64,000 bases of DNA from Callorhinchus milii. Lineage: Eukaryota. The translations under genes and the position numbers were made by a program. The first letter of the stretch is position 1, and every line of letters begins with the position of its first letter. Positions 50,186-62,257 of the stretch are shown in pieces. The DNA lies in contig NW_024704742.1 of the NCBI RefSeq assembly GCF_018977255.1, positions 9,054,001-9,118,000 on the forward strand, given 5' to 3'. The notes under the pieces are model-generated. The model saw only the letters and a program-made list of their open reading frames with translations. It ran no database searches and was not told where the DNA came from.

Positions 50186-50927
50186 GAACAACAGAAGGAA
50201 GAAACCTTACTGCTTCAAAAGTAATATAAACATCTGCTGCTCACAGTATTTATATCAGATAAATATATCACACCACAATTTGGCAGTTCTTGCACAGGAA
50301 CCTGTGTTCTGTGAGAAGTATCTTCTTACCTCTTGTTTTCACATTGTGCCAACTTGTGTTACCAAATGTGCTGAGGCCTTCATCTGTTTACAGAGTGATT
50401 CTGTCAGTCCCACAAGTATTCACAATTTAAGTGGAAATTTAGGAAGGTGAGGCAACCGACAAGTCACTCACTCATTTCATTTGACCAGCATGGAGCACAT
50501 TTGTATTTTTTAAGAATGAATGACAGCTGGATGTCTGTGTTAAGGAAGAAGAACAAGGTGCTCAATCTAACACCTTCATAAAAATAGAGGTAACTTAAAA
50601 ACCGTCCCGTTTTATAAAACCCACACGACTAGTCTTGCATTGCAGCACATCTCACATAAGGCCATGGAAACACGCTTACATTGACATGTGCTGCAATCCA
50701 GTCTGCTTGCGTAGGATCAGTGGACTCCAGAAGTATCTGCCCTCCACTCTTATGGAATGTATTTGAATAGCTGGCCATACTTGGGAGACTATGATTCAAC
50801 TATAATAGAGAAAGTAAAAATAAATTGTACTGTACAATAATAATCGGCCTCATATCACCGTATCTCCAAAATGGGATGAGCACAAACTGCAGATGAAATT
50901 GTCTATAATAATCACTTCTGGCAGGTG

Positions 50928-51075
50928 TCAGCCTGGCTCATTCAGTTGAACTCTCTGAGTCAGAAGGTTGTGGATTCAAACCCCACATTGGGTCTTTGAA
51001 TTCATATACACTCTAATGCAGTGCTGAAGGTACACTGCATTGTTGAAGGTATGGTCCCTCATATGAGGTGTTAAA
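50928..51075 (+). mobile_element. SINE-B 5' part
   Basis: CTCTGAGTCAGAAGGTTGTGGATTCAAACCCCAC. Confidence 0.7.
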
Positions 51076-52374
51076 CAAACAAAAAAAAGTTTTTTAAATT
51101 AGCTTTACTTTTATTATTTAGTATTATTATAATTAAACGTGATGGCTTTATGGACGGAAAAAAATTCTGATACAGATTCACATCTCTGTGATTTATGCAT
51201 GATTAAGATTCACATCAAGTGATGGCTGTAGAGAGGTGGTCTATCCTGGCCTTTGATTTATGGTCTTGCTCCCCTTCCCAACCCCTCCACCAACTCTTGG
51301 GTGACACCACAATGAAGCTGTCAAGATTGGATATGGAATTGGGTCAATCTTATCGCAAAATAGGGAGCGGTGAACAGATAGTGAGACGATCCATTCTGCA
51401 AATTGTTGTCCTCAGAAGCTTTTGTGGTTTGTAAAGTCATCTCATGTTCTGGATATGCCTTATTATCCAGTATGACCTCAACTCAATTTAGGTGCAATGT
51501 GCTGTCTATTTCCTGAGGTGTAACTGAGTATTAAGTCTGACCATCAATGTAGAAAATTAATATTTTATTACACGCAAGTGCTGGCAATGATATTTCCTGA
51601 ATCAAATTCCATAAACTAACCCACAAGGTATAAGAGCCCACTGAGGAATAAGAGCACAGTGATATATTACAGTTTATTACACGTTATAGTGTACATTATA
51701 GTACTCAAGTGCTCCAAGATGCCTCTTGGTGTGAAGGGCGCTATATAAATGCAAGTTGTTGTTGTTATAATTCTATCTAACAGCATTTGTATTCTTCCCA
51801 GGATAACAATAAATAATAATCTTTCAATGTTATATTGCATCTTTCACGTCAAGAGAACATCACAAAGCGATTTGCAAGATTTTACTGTAAGGCATTGTGA
51901 CTGTATATTTTACAGGCAAATGTAGCAGTCAATTTGAACACAGTAATGTCTTACAAACAGCTATAAAGTGAATGACTAATTTTATCTGGGAGATTGTTGG
52001 CCATGACATTTTTATTGGTCAAGGACATTATGATAATAATGATCTTTGCATTTGTTAGAGCATCTTATCAAATCATCAAAATACACAGTCAATTCACTTT
52101 ACAGTATATACTGTAAAAGCCATTTGAGACGTCTCAATACATTAGAATGTACAGAACGGAAACAGGCCATTGGGCCCAACTGGTCTATGCTGGTGTTTAT
52201 GCTCCACATGAGCCTTCTCCTGCCCTTCCTAAACTAAGCCTTCAAACATAACCTTCTATTCCTTTTTCCCTCATGTACTTATCTAGCTTTCACATCAAAT
52301 AATAAATAATAATAATCCTTGCTTTTGATATAGCACCTTATCACATCTTTAATACATCTCAAATGCAAGGATTA

Positions 52375-52376
52375 TG

Positions 52377-52420
<44 letters not shown>

Positions 52421-52423
52421 CAT
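52375..52423. repeat. (TTA)n microsatellite from a SINE tail
   Basis: Directly visible after AAATGCAAGGA. Confidence 0.9.
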
Positions 52424-52744
52424 CATGGAGATGTCTCAAAGCACCTGATGATCAGCTCCTTGGGACGTCCTCCCGATGTGAAAGGCGCTATACAAATGTA
52501 ATCTTGTTTTTGTTGTTGTTGATGGGGTATTGTTCAAAGCGATTTTACTGTGTTTTTGGGCCAAATGTGTCTAAATGCACACAGCAATGTCCCATAAACT
52601 ACCATGAAGAGAAGGACCAATTCACATTAGTAGGTGTGCTCGCCAATAAATTCCCTTCTCTTTTCAAATTATGCCACAATATCTTTAACATTCACCTGCA
52701 TATGCAGGTGAGACTTCAGTTTAACGTCTAATCCAAAAGATAGC

Positions 52745-53110
52745 AACAACAACAACTTGCATTATTTAGTGCCCCTCATGCAGAGTAGCACTCAGAGCAC
52801 TTGACAGTGGAGGAACATAACTGTGAGCCGGGAGAAGGGGGTGTTGACTGTAGACATGGTCGAATAGGAAGGTCTTCAAGCGTGACCTGGAAATGGGGAA
52901 GCAAGGGGCGAGGCGGAGGGATAGAGGAAGAGTATTCCAGAGTTTCAGAGCCTCATGGCTGAAAGTGCAGCCGTCAATGGTGGAATGGAGAGCACGAGGG
53001 ACATGCACGAGGCCAGAGCCAGTCGAACGGAGGCAGATGGTTGTGGGTCGTGGGGTAAGCAGGTTGAAGAGGTAGGGAGGTGTCAGGCCATGAATGGATT
53101 TGAAAATGAG
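52745..53110 (-). mobile_element. L2 3' relic (subfamily 1)
   Basis: HVPRALHSTIDGCTFSHEALKLWNTLP...SRLKTFLFD. Confidence 0.85.
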
Positions 53111-53749
53111 GGTGGCACCTCTGGCAATGCAGTATCAAATACGATAATAACTACTGCTCCCAACCCCAGGCATTTGTTTGTTATCAGAGACCACATGAGA
53201 AGCCATATGGTGAAGCAAAAGTCATCCTTTCCTGTTGACTGATGGGATAAAAATCGTTGCTGGCTGTGTTTGTAAGATGGGTAAGGATAGTCTCCACACA
53301 ATTCCTGATGGACGTAAGTTCACATCACAAAGTCACTCTGAGTTTTAACTAGGCCTGAGTTTACTTTAGCTTCCTGAAAAGTCTGTGAACTTCTCAGCAC
53401 TGAAACTTTTTACCAAATTTAAAAGAATCACGGAGGTGCCACTACTCCCTTTTTGATCGTGGCTCTGTATGAGATCTCAAACGCCTGTAAGTAAAGCAAA
53501 AAAGCAACCAGCGGCAGATGGTGTTTGTCACAGTAACAATGACAAAACACGATGCCCTGTGAGTAAACACCAGCTTCCAGCAAACCACAAGCTAATAAAT
53601 TGTTAAATTATCGCATCCTTACAATCCTACAGGAGATGTAACCAGCCAGTGTCGCTCACGACAATATCTTTCTGCTTGTTGTTAAAGACACTTGATACTT
53701 GCTACCAGCTGCCAGTCATTCACTGTCTCACTGTTGAGGTCTCTCTTGG

Positions 53750-54090
53750 TAGGCACTGGCCTGCTTTGTGTCCCCCCGCCCTGCCTGCCCCACCATTGGT
53801 GGTCGGACCTTCAGCTTTTCTGCACACCTCCCCCCCCACTCTGGAACTCCATCCTTGAATCCCTCTGCCTCACCCGCTCCCTCGCCTCCTTCCTTTTCGG
53901 GCCATTTTAAGAACTTCCTCTTTGACCGTACTTTTGGCCACAGTCCCACTCTCCCCCACCCCCCACACTCTCCACCCTTCTTGATTCCAACCCCCAGATT
54001 GAGTGCAAACCCTTAACTGTCCATTGCCTTGTGAAGTCTTCTGACTTGAAGACGCTACACAAATGTAATTTGTTGTTGTTATTGTTGTTG
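53750..54090 (+). mobile_element. L2 3' relic (subfamily 2)
   Basis: PTIGGRTFS...; tail CACAAATGTAATTTGTTGTTG. Confidence 0.78.
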
Positions 54091-54404
54091 ATGGTTAACA
54101 CTTCTCTGACCTCCATTGGCATCTTGTTACCAAGCCTGTGTCAGAGAAACCTGGTGAAGAATCCAAACAATGGTAAAGCAATGACAATATTTCAGAGCAA
54201 ATACCATTTGTTGTATTAATTCCCACTCCTGACCCTTGCCTTTTCTTCTCCACCTCACCCCGTCTATCCAGGTATCACTGATTATTGTTTTCAAAATGAT
54301 CATGTTGTGGGATAATACAATGTTCTTGTGCCTCTGAGCTTTGCATCAGGATTCATGGGGTAAAAGTGTTCTTTCTGTTTGCATGTAAGACCCTACATCA
54401 CTAG

Positions 54405-54768
54405 CGTGAGGGACACACCATGCTTACCTAATTTCTGAGAGTATGGGGCACAGGTTGGCAAGAGACAGAAACCCCAAGTTCAAGTGCTGCTGGAGTTTAA
54501 CCAGCTAAATCTACACTGCTTCTCATTGAGAGCATCTCCTGGCAAACTTCCCAACAACAACAACAACTTGCAGGGGAGCATCCCAAAGCCCTTGACAGTG
54601 GCGGAGCATGATGCCGAGATGGGAGGAGAGCGAGGTGACTGTAGGCATGGTCGAAGAGGAAGATCTTCTGGCGACCTGAAGATGGGGAAAGAAGGGGCAA
54701 GGTGGGATAGAGGAAGAGTTTAGTGCGGGTGAACTACCACTTGTCCAACTGAGACCACCCTACCCGAA
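54405..54768 (-). mobile_element. Family C repeat interrupted by an L2 tail (54553-54722)
   Basis: CTTACCTAATTTCTGAGAGT...GCTGGAGTTTAACCAGCTAAA, then CTTGTCCAACTGAGACCACCCTACCC. Confidence 0.65.
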
Positions 54769-55914
54769 TGAGAGTAACTTCACTTTCAACCTCATTATTT
54801 TCTCAGGATTTTTAATTCTTACTTAAAAGTTTCCATGTTCTAAAATTGTTACTTTACGTTTGCTGTTAACCTACTCAGCTAATCATCCAGGCCATATTTT
54901 TAGATCTCTTGTTTCTGTGTGTCACACAGGATATTTTCCTCCTCCGCATTATCCCTTTTAAAGTAGTTTGATTTTTAGCTTGTGCTTATCTTCCACAATT
55001 ATTGCTCCGTTCAGCTTTCTAACAAATGACTGATACCACGTTCTCCTGAAGTATGTCGAATTAATTTTATAATCCTTTGCTCCAGCTCATATCAAGGTAT
55101 CAAACTGATGATGGTTTATTCATTGCGAGCTTCAATGCTCCAGAATCGTCAAATTTGCCACTATCTCAGGCTCAATACTAATTACAAACCTTGCAGTTGA
55201 TAAATGCCTAATCATGTTGGAAGCACAATTAAATAAATACCAATGGATCTCTTGATTTGCTGAACGTCAGACACACAAACACCCTGGTTCTATACTCCGT
55301 GACATTGTTTGTGATATTGAGGCAAACTCTTTCCATGTTCAGTGCTGTACACATTCACACTGACCGACATTAATAATAATAATCCTTACTTTGATATAGT
55401 GCCTTATCATGTCTTCAAGACATCTCAAAGCGCTTCACACAATATACTGTAAAGTGAATTGATTGTATATTTTGTGGGTGAAACACCAACTGCACACAGC
55501 AGTGTCCCGCAAACTTGTGGATTGAGTGATTAATTTATTCTTTTTTTTACAGTATCAGCATGCTTGCCTTAACAAAATGTGATACATACAGAGACTCTAC
55601 CTTAGGACTGTGTACACTTACACAGCCTGGGATATATAGACAAACTGAACACTACTTCTGCACTATATACACACATTCTGTGATACTGAGAAAATAAATG
55701 GGGTCTATTGAATTGTCGTTTATTGAACTGTTGTGTAGACAAGCCAAGACAGATATGGCTCTGAACTAGGATACAATATTTTCTTCAACCATTAGGAATG
55801 CCACAGAAGAAAGTACAGTATTTGCTTGTAAGATGTGCTGTGTTCTCAATGAAGAAGCTTTTGAAGAAAGTGCATTTGGAAGTGCACGTGGAGCCTAGCA
55901 AATGACAGCAGGCA

Positions 55915-56159
55915 AGGATTAATATGATGCACCCCACTATATAAAATAATTAATTTGATCCAGTGTATTATATGAAAGAATTAATCTGATACAATGAATT
56001 ATATAAAAGGATGAACTTGATATGGTAGATTGTATGAAATGATTAACTTGGTACCATATAAAAGATTAATCTCCTACAATACGTGATATAAAAAGGATTA
56101 ACCTGATAGAGTGTATTTATTACAAGAAAGTGTTAACCTAATGCGGAGGATTGTGTAAA
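55915..56159. repeat. Degenerate 31-bp minisatellite, ~8 units
   Basis: Unit approximately AGGATTAAYYTGATACARTGTATTATATAAA. Confidence 0.75.
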
Positions 56160-56229
56160 CTAAGAGCCAACAATATCTACAAGTGGCCAGACTGTGTTTG
56201 ATTTACTTTGCAATGATTATACTTCACAA

Positions 56230-56760
56230 GGTTGAGTCTCAAGGTTGTTGGTTCAAGTCCCATGCCAGGGATCTGGGCTGATAGTCCAGGCGAACATAGC
56301 AATGTAGTAACAATCGTCCTCTCAGCGGGCTCCAGCCTGCTTCATGTCTCCCGCCTTGCCTGCCCCACCATTTTCGGGTGGGCCTTCAGCTTCTCTGCAC
56401 CCTCTGGAACTCCATCCCACAGTCCTTTTGCCTCGCCCCTTCCCTTGCCTCCTTCAAGACCCGTCACAAGACCCTCCTCTTTGACTGTGCCATCGGTCAC
56501 CCTCCTACCACTGCCCTCCCCGCCCTCCACCCCTCCTGATCCCAACCACCAGCTCGGGTGTGGATCCCTGATCGTCCAGCGCCTTGGGAGGTCCTCCTGA
56601 CATGAAAAGGCTCTATAGAAATGTGATTAGTTGTTGTTGTAGTATTGGGGAAAGCCTTGCATTGTAAGAGTGCTGTCCTTTGGATGAGACATTAAACCGA
56701 GGTCCCACCTGCCTGTTCAGGGGCACATTAAAGATTTCATGGCATTATTTGAAAAGAATA
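56230..56760 (+). mobile_element. SINE-B split by an L2 subfamily 2 insertion (~56325-56640)
   Basis: Head GGTTCAAGTCCC; Deu domain resumes GGATGAGACATTAAACCGAGG after the L2 (TTG)n tail. Confidence 0.75.
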
Positions 56761-57024
56761 GTGGAAACAAAGAAAGGAGAGATAAGAGCTGAGGGGAAAG
56801 GAAGGGAAACCATCCTCAGATTGAAGTTCAAATGAGAAAACAGACAGAGAATGCCTAAAAGTTCTAAAGGAAATTAATCCAGATAAAGCAACACAAAGAA
56901 TGACATGACAGGACAGAGTACATATAATGGACAAGAAAATAAAACCAAAGCAAGAGGTAAATTCAAATACGTTTTGACAATAATAAGAACGACTTGCATT
57001 AATGTAATGCCCTTACAAGGGAAT

Positions 57025-57392
57025 GTTTTGGTTAGCTGGTTGTCTGACACATGAAGAAACCCTCCACTGTGCATAAGGGTATCCGACTTAAACTATAAAG
57101 GGAAATCCTAGAGATGTTTACTGGAATGGATTGCGCACTCTCTCCCCGGAGAGATGCATCCCGCTTATCTAATTCCGGAGAGTAGGTTGGCAACTGTTAA
57201 GGCAGAGTGTGCGTTGGGGTAGTGCTGGAGTCTAACCAATTAAAACTATAAAGCTTGACATTAAAAACACTGTCTTGTTTGGCACTGTCCCAGTGCTTTG
57301 GGATGCCCTCCTGACGTGAAAGGCGCTATACAAACGTAATTTGTCTGGCAAGCTTTCCCACTGCTTGTCCAGCTAAGATCACCCTACCCATT
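57025..57392 (-). mobile_element. Family C repeat with both ends present
   Basis: TTTTGGTTAGCTGGTTGTCTGACAC ... CTGCTTGTCCAGCTAAGATCACCCTACCC. Confidence 0.75.
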
Positions 57393-57754
57393 GTTTGGGA
57401 TTCTCTTAAGATCTCAGACTTCCAGGTATCACCTTCTAGCAGATGTTACCCCACGCATCAATTTCCTCATCAGCTTTTCGATCGAAATCTGCCTTCAGCC
57501 TGATCTGAGGATGTTTACAGCATAGCTTTTGACTTGCCAGACACCTTCGTGCTCACAAGATCCAGGTTTACTTAGCACCAGATGCTTAATACAGGTCCTA
57601 GTGTGAGGGATTATTGCACGTGATAATAGCATAACGCTCTTCTACAGTATAATGTCTCAAAGTGCTGAAAAAAAGTTCACAAGGAAAAGTGAGTCAGATC
57701 AAGGGAAGTCGTACTATAGTTAAGTGAAAATGAAAAAGTAAAAAAATAATAGTA

Positions 57755-57930
57755 ATAATGCGGTCACTCAATCCACAACTGTTTGTGGGACACTGCTGTG
57801 CACAATTGGCTGCCACGTTTCGCCCACAAATGTACCAGTCAATTCACTTTACAGTATATTCTGTGAAGCACTTTGAGACGTCTCGACTATGTGATAAGGC
57901 GCTATATCAAATGCGAGGAAATGTTATCAT
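57755..57930 (+). mobile_element. SINE-A 3' half
   Basis: Consensus match. Confidence 0.82.
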
Positions 57931-58631
57931 TTTATAAAGTACTAACATGTACAGTGGATAAGAATCAATGGTGTAACTGAAAAAGGGGATGATTTTGAAA
58001 GATTCAGAGATTCAGAGAAATGAAGAGATGAAGAAAGAAAAGATAAAATGTTACTGACTTGAATTTTGATGGTTGGATATAAATCCACAGAGGGAAGCAA
58101 ATCAGTGCGGAAAGAGCTGCCGGTACACAGTTGAGTGAGTTTGTATTAACGGAGAGGAATTACGTTCAGAAAGAGAGTGCTTGAGTATTTCAAAGAATCA
58201 GAAAAAGGGCAAAAAAAACTAAACTGATCAAGAGCAGGATCACATGCGGTCTTGATACATGGTGCTTGCTTGACCCAGTGCTCTGCAAGTATGTGGATCT
58301 TTATCATTTTAAGTTGATTGGGGAAGTAGATAAACTGTGCAACTTTTAAACACAAAATAATAATCCTTGCGATTGATACAACGTCTTATCCCATTGTCCA
58401 AACTAAAAGAAACAATTTAAAATGAATTGAAAGAGCTTACACTGTAACATGGCAGTTTCTGAGCTGGAGTTTCTGAGCTGGCCGTTCCAGAACAGGAGCT
58501 TGACTGGAATTCCCTTCAGAGCATGAGATCACCGCTTTAATCCCAGCATTTACTCCTTGTACTAACCAGTATTCCTCTCTGTGGAATAGGACTGGAGAAG
58601 ATCGTGACTGCTGAGAAGTGTTATTCTACGT

Positions 58632-59012
58632 GGAGTCCTGTAGCTCAATGGCTAGAGCACTCACCTTGCAAGCGTGAGGAACTGAGTTTGATATCCGGGC
58701 AGGCCAAAACCTTAGGCAAGTTTCCTTACTCTATATACACGCTTCTGTTCACCTAGCAGTAAGTAGGAACCCGGTTGTTAGTCGATTGTCGGATCACTTT
58801 TCCAGGGGTAATAATCCCTTAAAAAAAATTATAATTTGGTCACTCAAACCATGACTGTGTGTGGGACACTACTGTGCACAAATGGCTGCCGTATTTCACC
58901 CACAAAATATACAGTCACTACACTTTACAGTATATCCTGTGAAGGGCTTTGAGACATCTTGAAGACGAGAGAAGGCACTTTATCAAATGCAAGGATTATT
59001 AATTTTTATTAT
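58632..59012 (+). mobile_element. SINE-A full length
   Basis: Consensus match. Confidence 0.9.
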
Positions 59013-60004
59013 TGCAGTGTCCTGCAAAACTTTTTGTGAAGGAGAAAAGGAGCAAATGATTGATGAAATGTTCTCCCATTCGTCATTCAGAAATGCTTTA
59101 TACTGAAGCGGTTAATGTGAATTGAAGGTTACCTGGTTACATAGAAGCATGGCAATGCACAGTTCATATGTCTAGTTCTCAAGTAATTTATTTATTTTTT
59201 AAATTTATTTATTCTCATATTTCCCTCAGTTGAATTCTTTGCCAAATAGCTATCTAATCCCTGTTGAGTTTGCTGGCACAATCGTTTTTGGGAATCTTCT
59301 ATAATTTCACACTCACCTAACATATTTCAGAACTGAAAGCATTTTATTATGAAGTACACATAATATGGTAACTGTGTGAAGGGGCCACAGGGGAGTTCAA
59401 TTTCTTTAATGTTGTCAATCCAGATGTGCAACTTATTGCCTTAATATTGCTGGATATAGCTCAGCTGCACAACAGAATAAAATTTGATTTGAAACGTGTG
59501 GTACATTACCATCAAACAGCCCTTGTTGTATGAAACAAAAACCCCTATGGGTATGTCAGCTGAATCATTATTTCCAGTTCACAATGTGGTTCCAGATCTG
59601 TCACAGCTATATACTCTGTGCCTGCTTTACACTGGACAGACCAGCACATGTTGAGTAGCATAACTGTAATCCGAATTATGGGAAGCTTATTTTGAATAGA
59701 TTGGACATAGAGAGTCTGCTCTTGTCTACAATGAATAATAATAGTAATAATAATCCTTATTTGCTACAGTGACTTTCATGTTGGGAGGGTGCGTCAAAGC
59801 TCTTCATAGGAGATACTGTAATGTGCAGTGACTGTGTATTTTATGGGTGAATGGAGCAGCCAATTTGCGCACAGTAATATCTCACAATCAGTCAAGAGGT
59901 CAATGACCAATTTTATCTGGGGGATTGTTAGTCAGGAAACTGGAAGAAACTCTCATCTCTTTATGAATATTGCCATGAATCCTTAACGACTACCTGAACA
60001 GATA

Positions 60005-61078
60005 GATTTTTGGTCAGTGGAGTGTCTGACAAATGCATAAACCTATCACCATGCTTAAGAGTATCCAAACCAGATCGAGGGTTCCACATATGTATGTCAC
60101 CTACACATGGAAATTTCCCTGTGCCTGGAATGGAATGCACACTCTTTCCCTGGAGAGACATGTCCATGCTACTGACCTAATGGAGTCCTGTAGCTCAGTG
60201 GTTAGAGAAATCGCCTCACAAGCGAGAGGACCTCGGTTCGATTCCTAGCAGGTCGAAGTGCTGGACAAGTTTCCTTAATAATAATAATAATAAATAATCC
60301 TTGCATTTGATATAGCACTTTTCAAGGATTCCAGACATCTCAAAGCGCTTCACAGAATATACTGTAAGTGCATTCATTGACTGTATATTTGTGGGCGAAA
60401 CGCGGCAGCCAATTGTGCACAGCAGTGTCCCACAAACAGTCGTAGATTGAAGTGACCAATGTATTATAGTTTTTTTTCTTGAGGGATTATTATTAGGCGT
60501 GTGGAGTAAGGAAACTTGCCCAAGGTTTCACCCTGCTGGGAATTGAACCCAGGTCTCTCGCTTGCAAGGCGAGTGCTCTAACCACTGAGCTACAGGACTC
60601 CATTCCACACACTCCGCACACCTCTGTTTACCTAGCAGTAAATAGAACCCAGTTCTTAGTCAATTGGTGGATCACTTTTCTGGGGGTAATAATTATTTAA
60701 AAATAAGTAAAAATAATTTGGTCATTCAATCCACGACTGTTGGTGGAACCCTACTGTTTGCAATTGGCTGCCGAGTTTTGCCCACAAAATATACAGTCAA
60801 TTCACCTTTACAGTATATTCTGAGAATCGCTTTGGGATGTTTTGAAGGTGTGTTTAGGAATTATATCAAATGCAAAAATTATTATTATTGTTATTATTAA
60901 TTCTGGAGAGTATTAAGCACAGGATGTGAGAATCAGGGTTTGGGGGAATCTCAGAGTGTGCTTTGGAATACTGCCGGAGTTCACATAAACCACACAACTT
61001 AATTATTGAAAGCACGTACTGGAAATCTTCCCACTGCTTGCCACCCTACCCATTACAGCTAGGACCACCCTATCCATT
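60005..61078. mobile_element. Triple nest: family C (-) > SINE-A long (+, 60182-60898) > SINE-A short (-, 60277-60601)
   Basis: Each host sequence resumes in register after its insert. Confidence 0.85.
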
Positions 61079-61294
61079 AGAGCTTTGGCTGGCAGGGTTG
61101 GAGAAACAACTGGTCTGCTTCTCCAAGTCCTGGCGATGGGCCAGGTTGACTGGGTTACATCAGCAGTGCCATAGGATACTATGGACCCACCTGGCTCAGG
61201 AACCAGACTGCCAAGACCACCATGGTTGATTCGTTTCTGACATTCTGTTGTCAAACATGTTACCTTGGATCCAGCTGTGCTCCACGGAGTCCCC

Positions 61295-61620
61295 GCTTAC
61301 CATCCCCATCAAGGAGGATAGTCACTAGTTGGTCATTTGACCATCCGACAAGTGCAGGTATGAGCCCTCATTAGGTGAATAGCACAGCATGAAAAGTATG
61401 AGGGCTTTGCCACAATCTTTCTGCCCACAGTGTAGACACACAGCCTAGACGTAGAGAAATTGTTCCACCAGTTTGCAGTGCAGAGTTTGAGTAGCAATTG
61501 CTGAAGGTTTCATGCTGCTAGGGAGTTCCTGGTACCTAGGAGGTTGTGCTTGCTTGTACTTGTGCTTGTCGGATGTCAAAGAACCAACTAGTGACTGCCC
61601 TCTTGGTGGGTGGTGGAAAG
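61295..61620. mobile_element. Degenerate foldback/MITE-like element
   Basis: AGTCACTAGTTGGTCATTTGACCATCCGACAAG versus CTTGTCGGATGTCAAAGAACCAACTAGTGACT; inner CAGCATGAAA/TTTCATGCTG. Confidence 0.6.
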
Positions 61621-62064
61621 GAAGTGAGGGAGACAAGCAGCTGCTTACAGGGTTAGATTATTCATACCAATCAAGGAAGTCCCAGATACATGAACACTTG
61701 TTCATGATCCTTTGAAGGGCTCTGGGCGCTACCCCGCGTGCAGGGCGCTATATAAATGCAAGTTGTTGTTGGTGTTGTTGAAACTGAACTTCAGGTAAAA
61801 GCACTCTGATACTGCGGGCTGACCATAACGAAACACTAGAATAGTGTAGTTTCTTACCACAGTCACTGCCACGTCTATCTTCTTCCATCAATTTGTTGGG
61901 CGGGGAGTCGGGTGGGGGTGAGGAGTGGGGGGAAGAGACATCCATGTTTGCTGCTCCCTTTTGCAGTCCATTCTGGAAAGTCTGTGGTGCCATTTGTAAG
62001 GGCAATAATTGCTTAGTCCGGCAAATTCAGCATGGATTGGTATTTTATATAAATTTTATATAAT

Positions 62065-62257
62065 CGATTTGAAATCCATTACTACCCCTCTGAGGAATAA
62101 ATGATTTTATTTATCTGGTAAACTGGGGAGACTTGTAGATTGAATGGGACTTTACCCTAGCCTTTGGATGAGACATTAAAACAAGGTCCTACCTGTCTGT
62201 TCAGGTGGACATTTAAGATTCAATGGCACTATTCAAAAAGAGAAGGGAGTTTCTTCC
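62065..62257 (+). repeat. Copy 1 of a direct duplication (partner 63250-63431)
   Basis: CGATTTGAAA...CCTCTGAGGAATAAAT...TCTGGTAAACTGGG...TTGTAGATTG, then a shared SINE-B junction. Confidence 0.85.

Noticed and set aside
53187..53280. AG...TGG|GTAAGG exon-like segment
   Set aside because: Stops in all three frames; at most non-coding
55086..55181. Protein-like frame LISRYQTDDGLFIASFNAPESSNLPLSQAQY* after a CCAG acceptor
   Set aside because: Short, no recognised homology, compatible with chance
55915..56159. CRISPR-like array
   Set aside because: Contiguous degenerate tandem units without unique spacers; eukaryotic context; no cas genes
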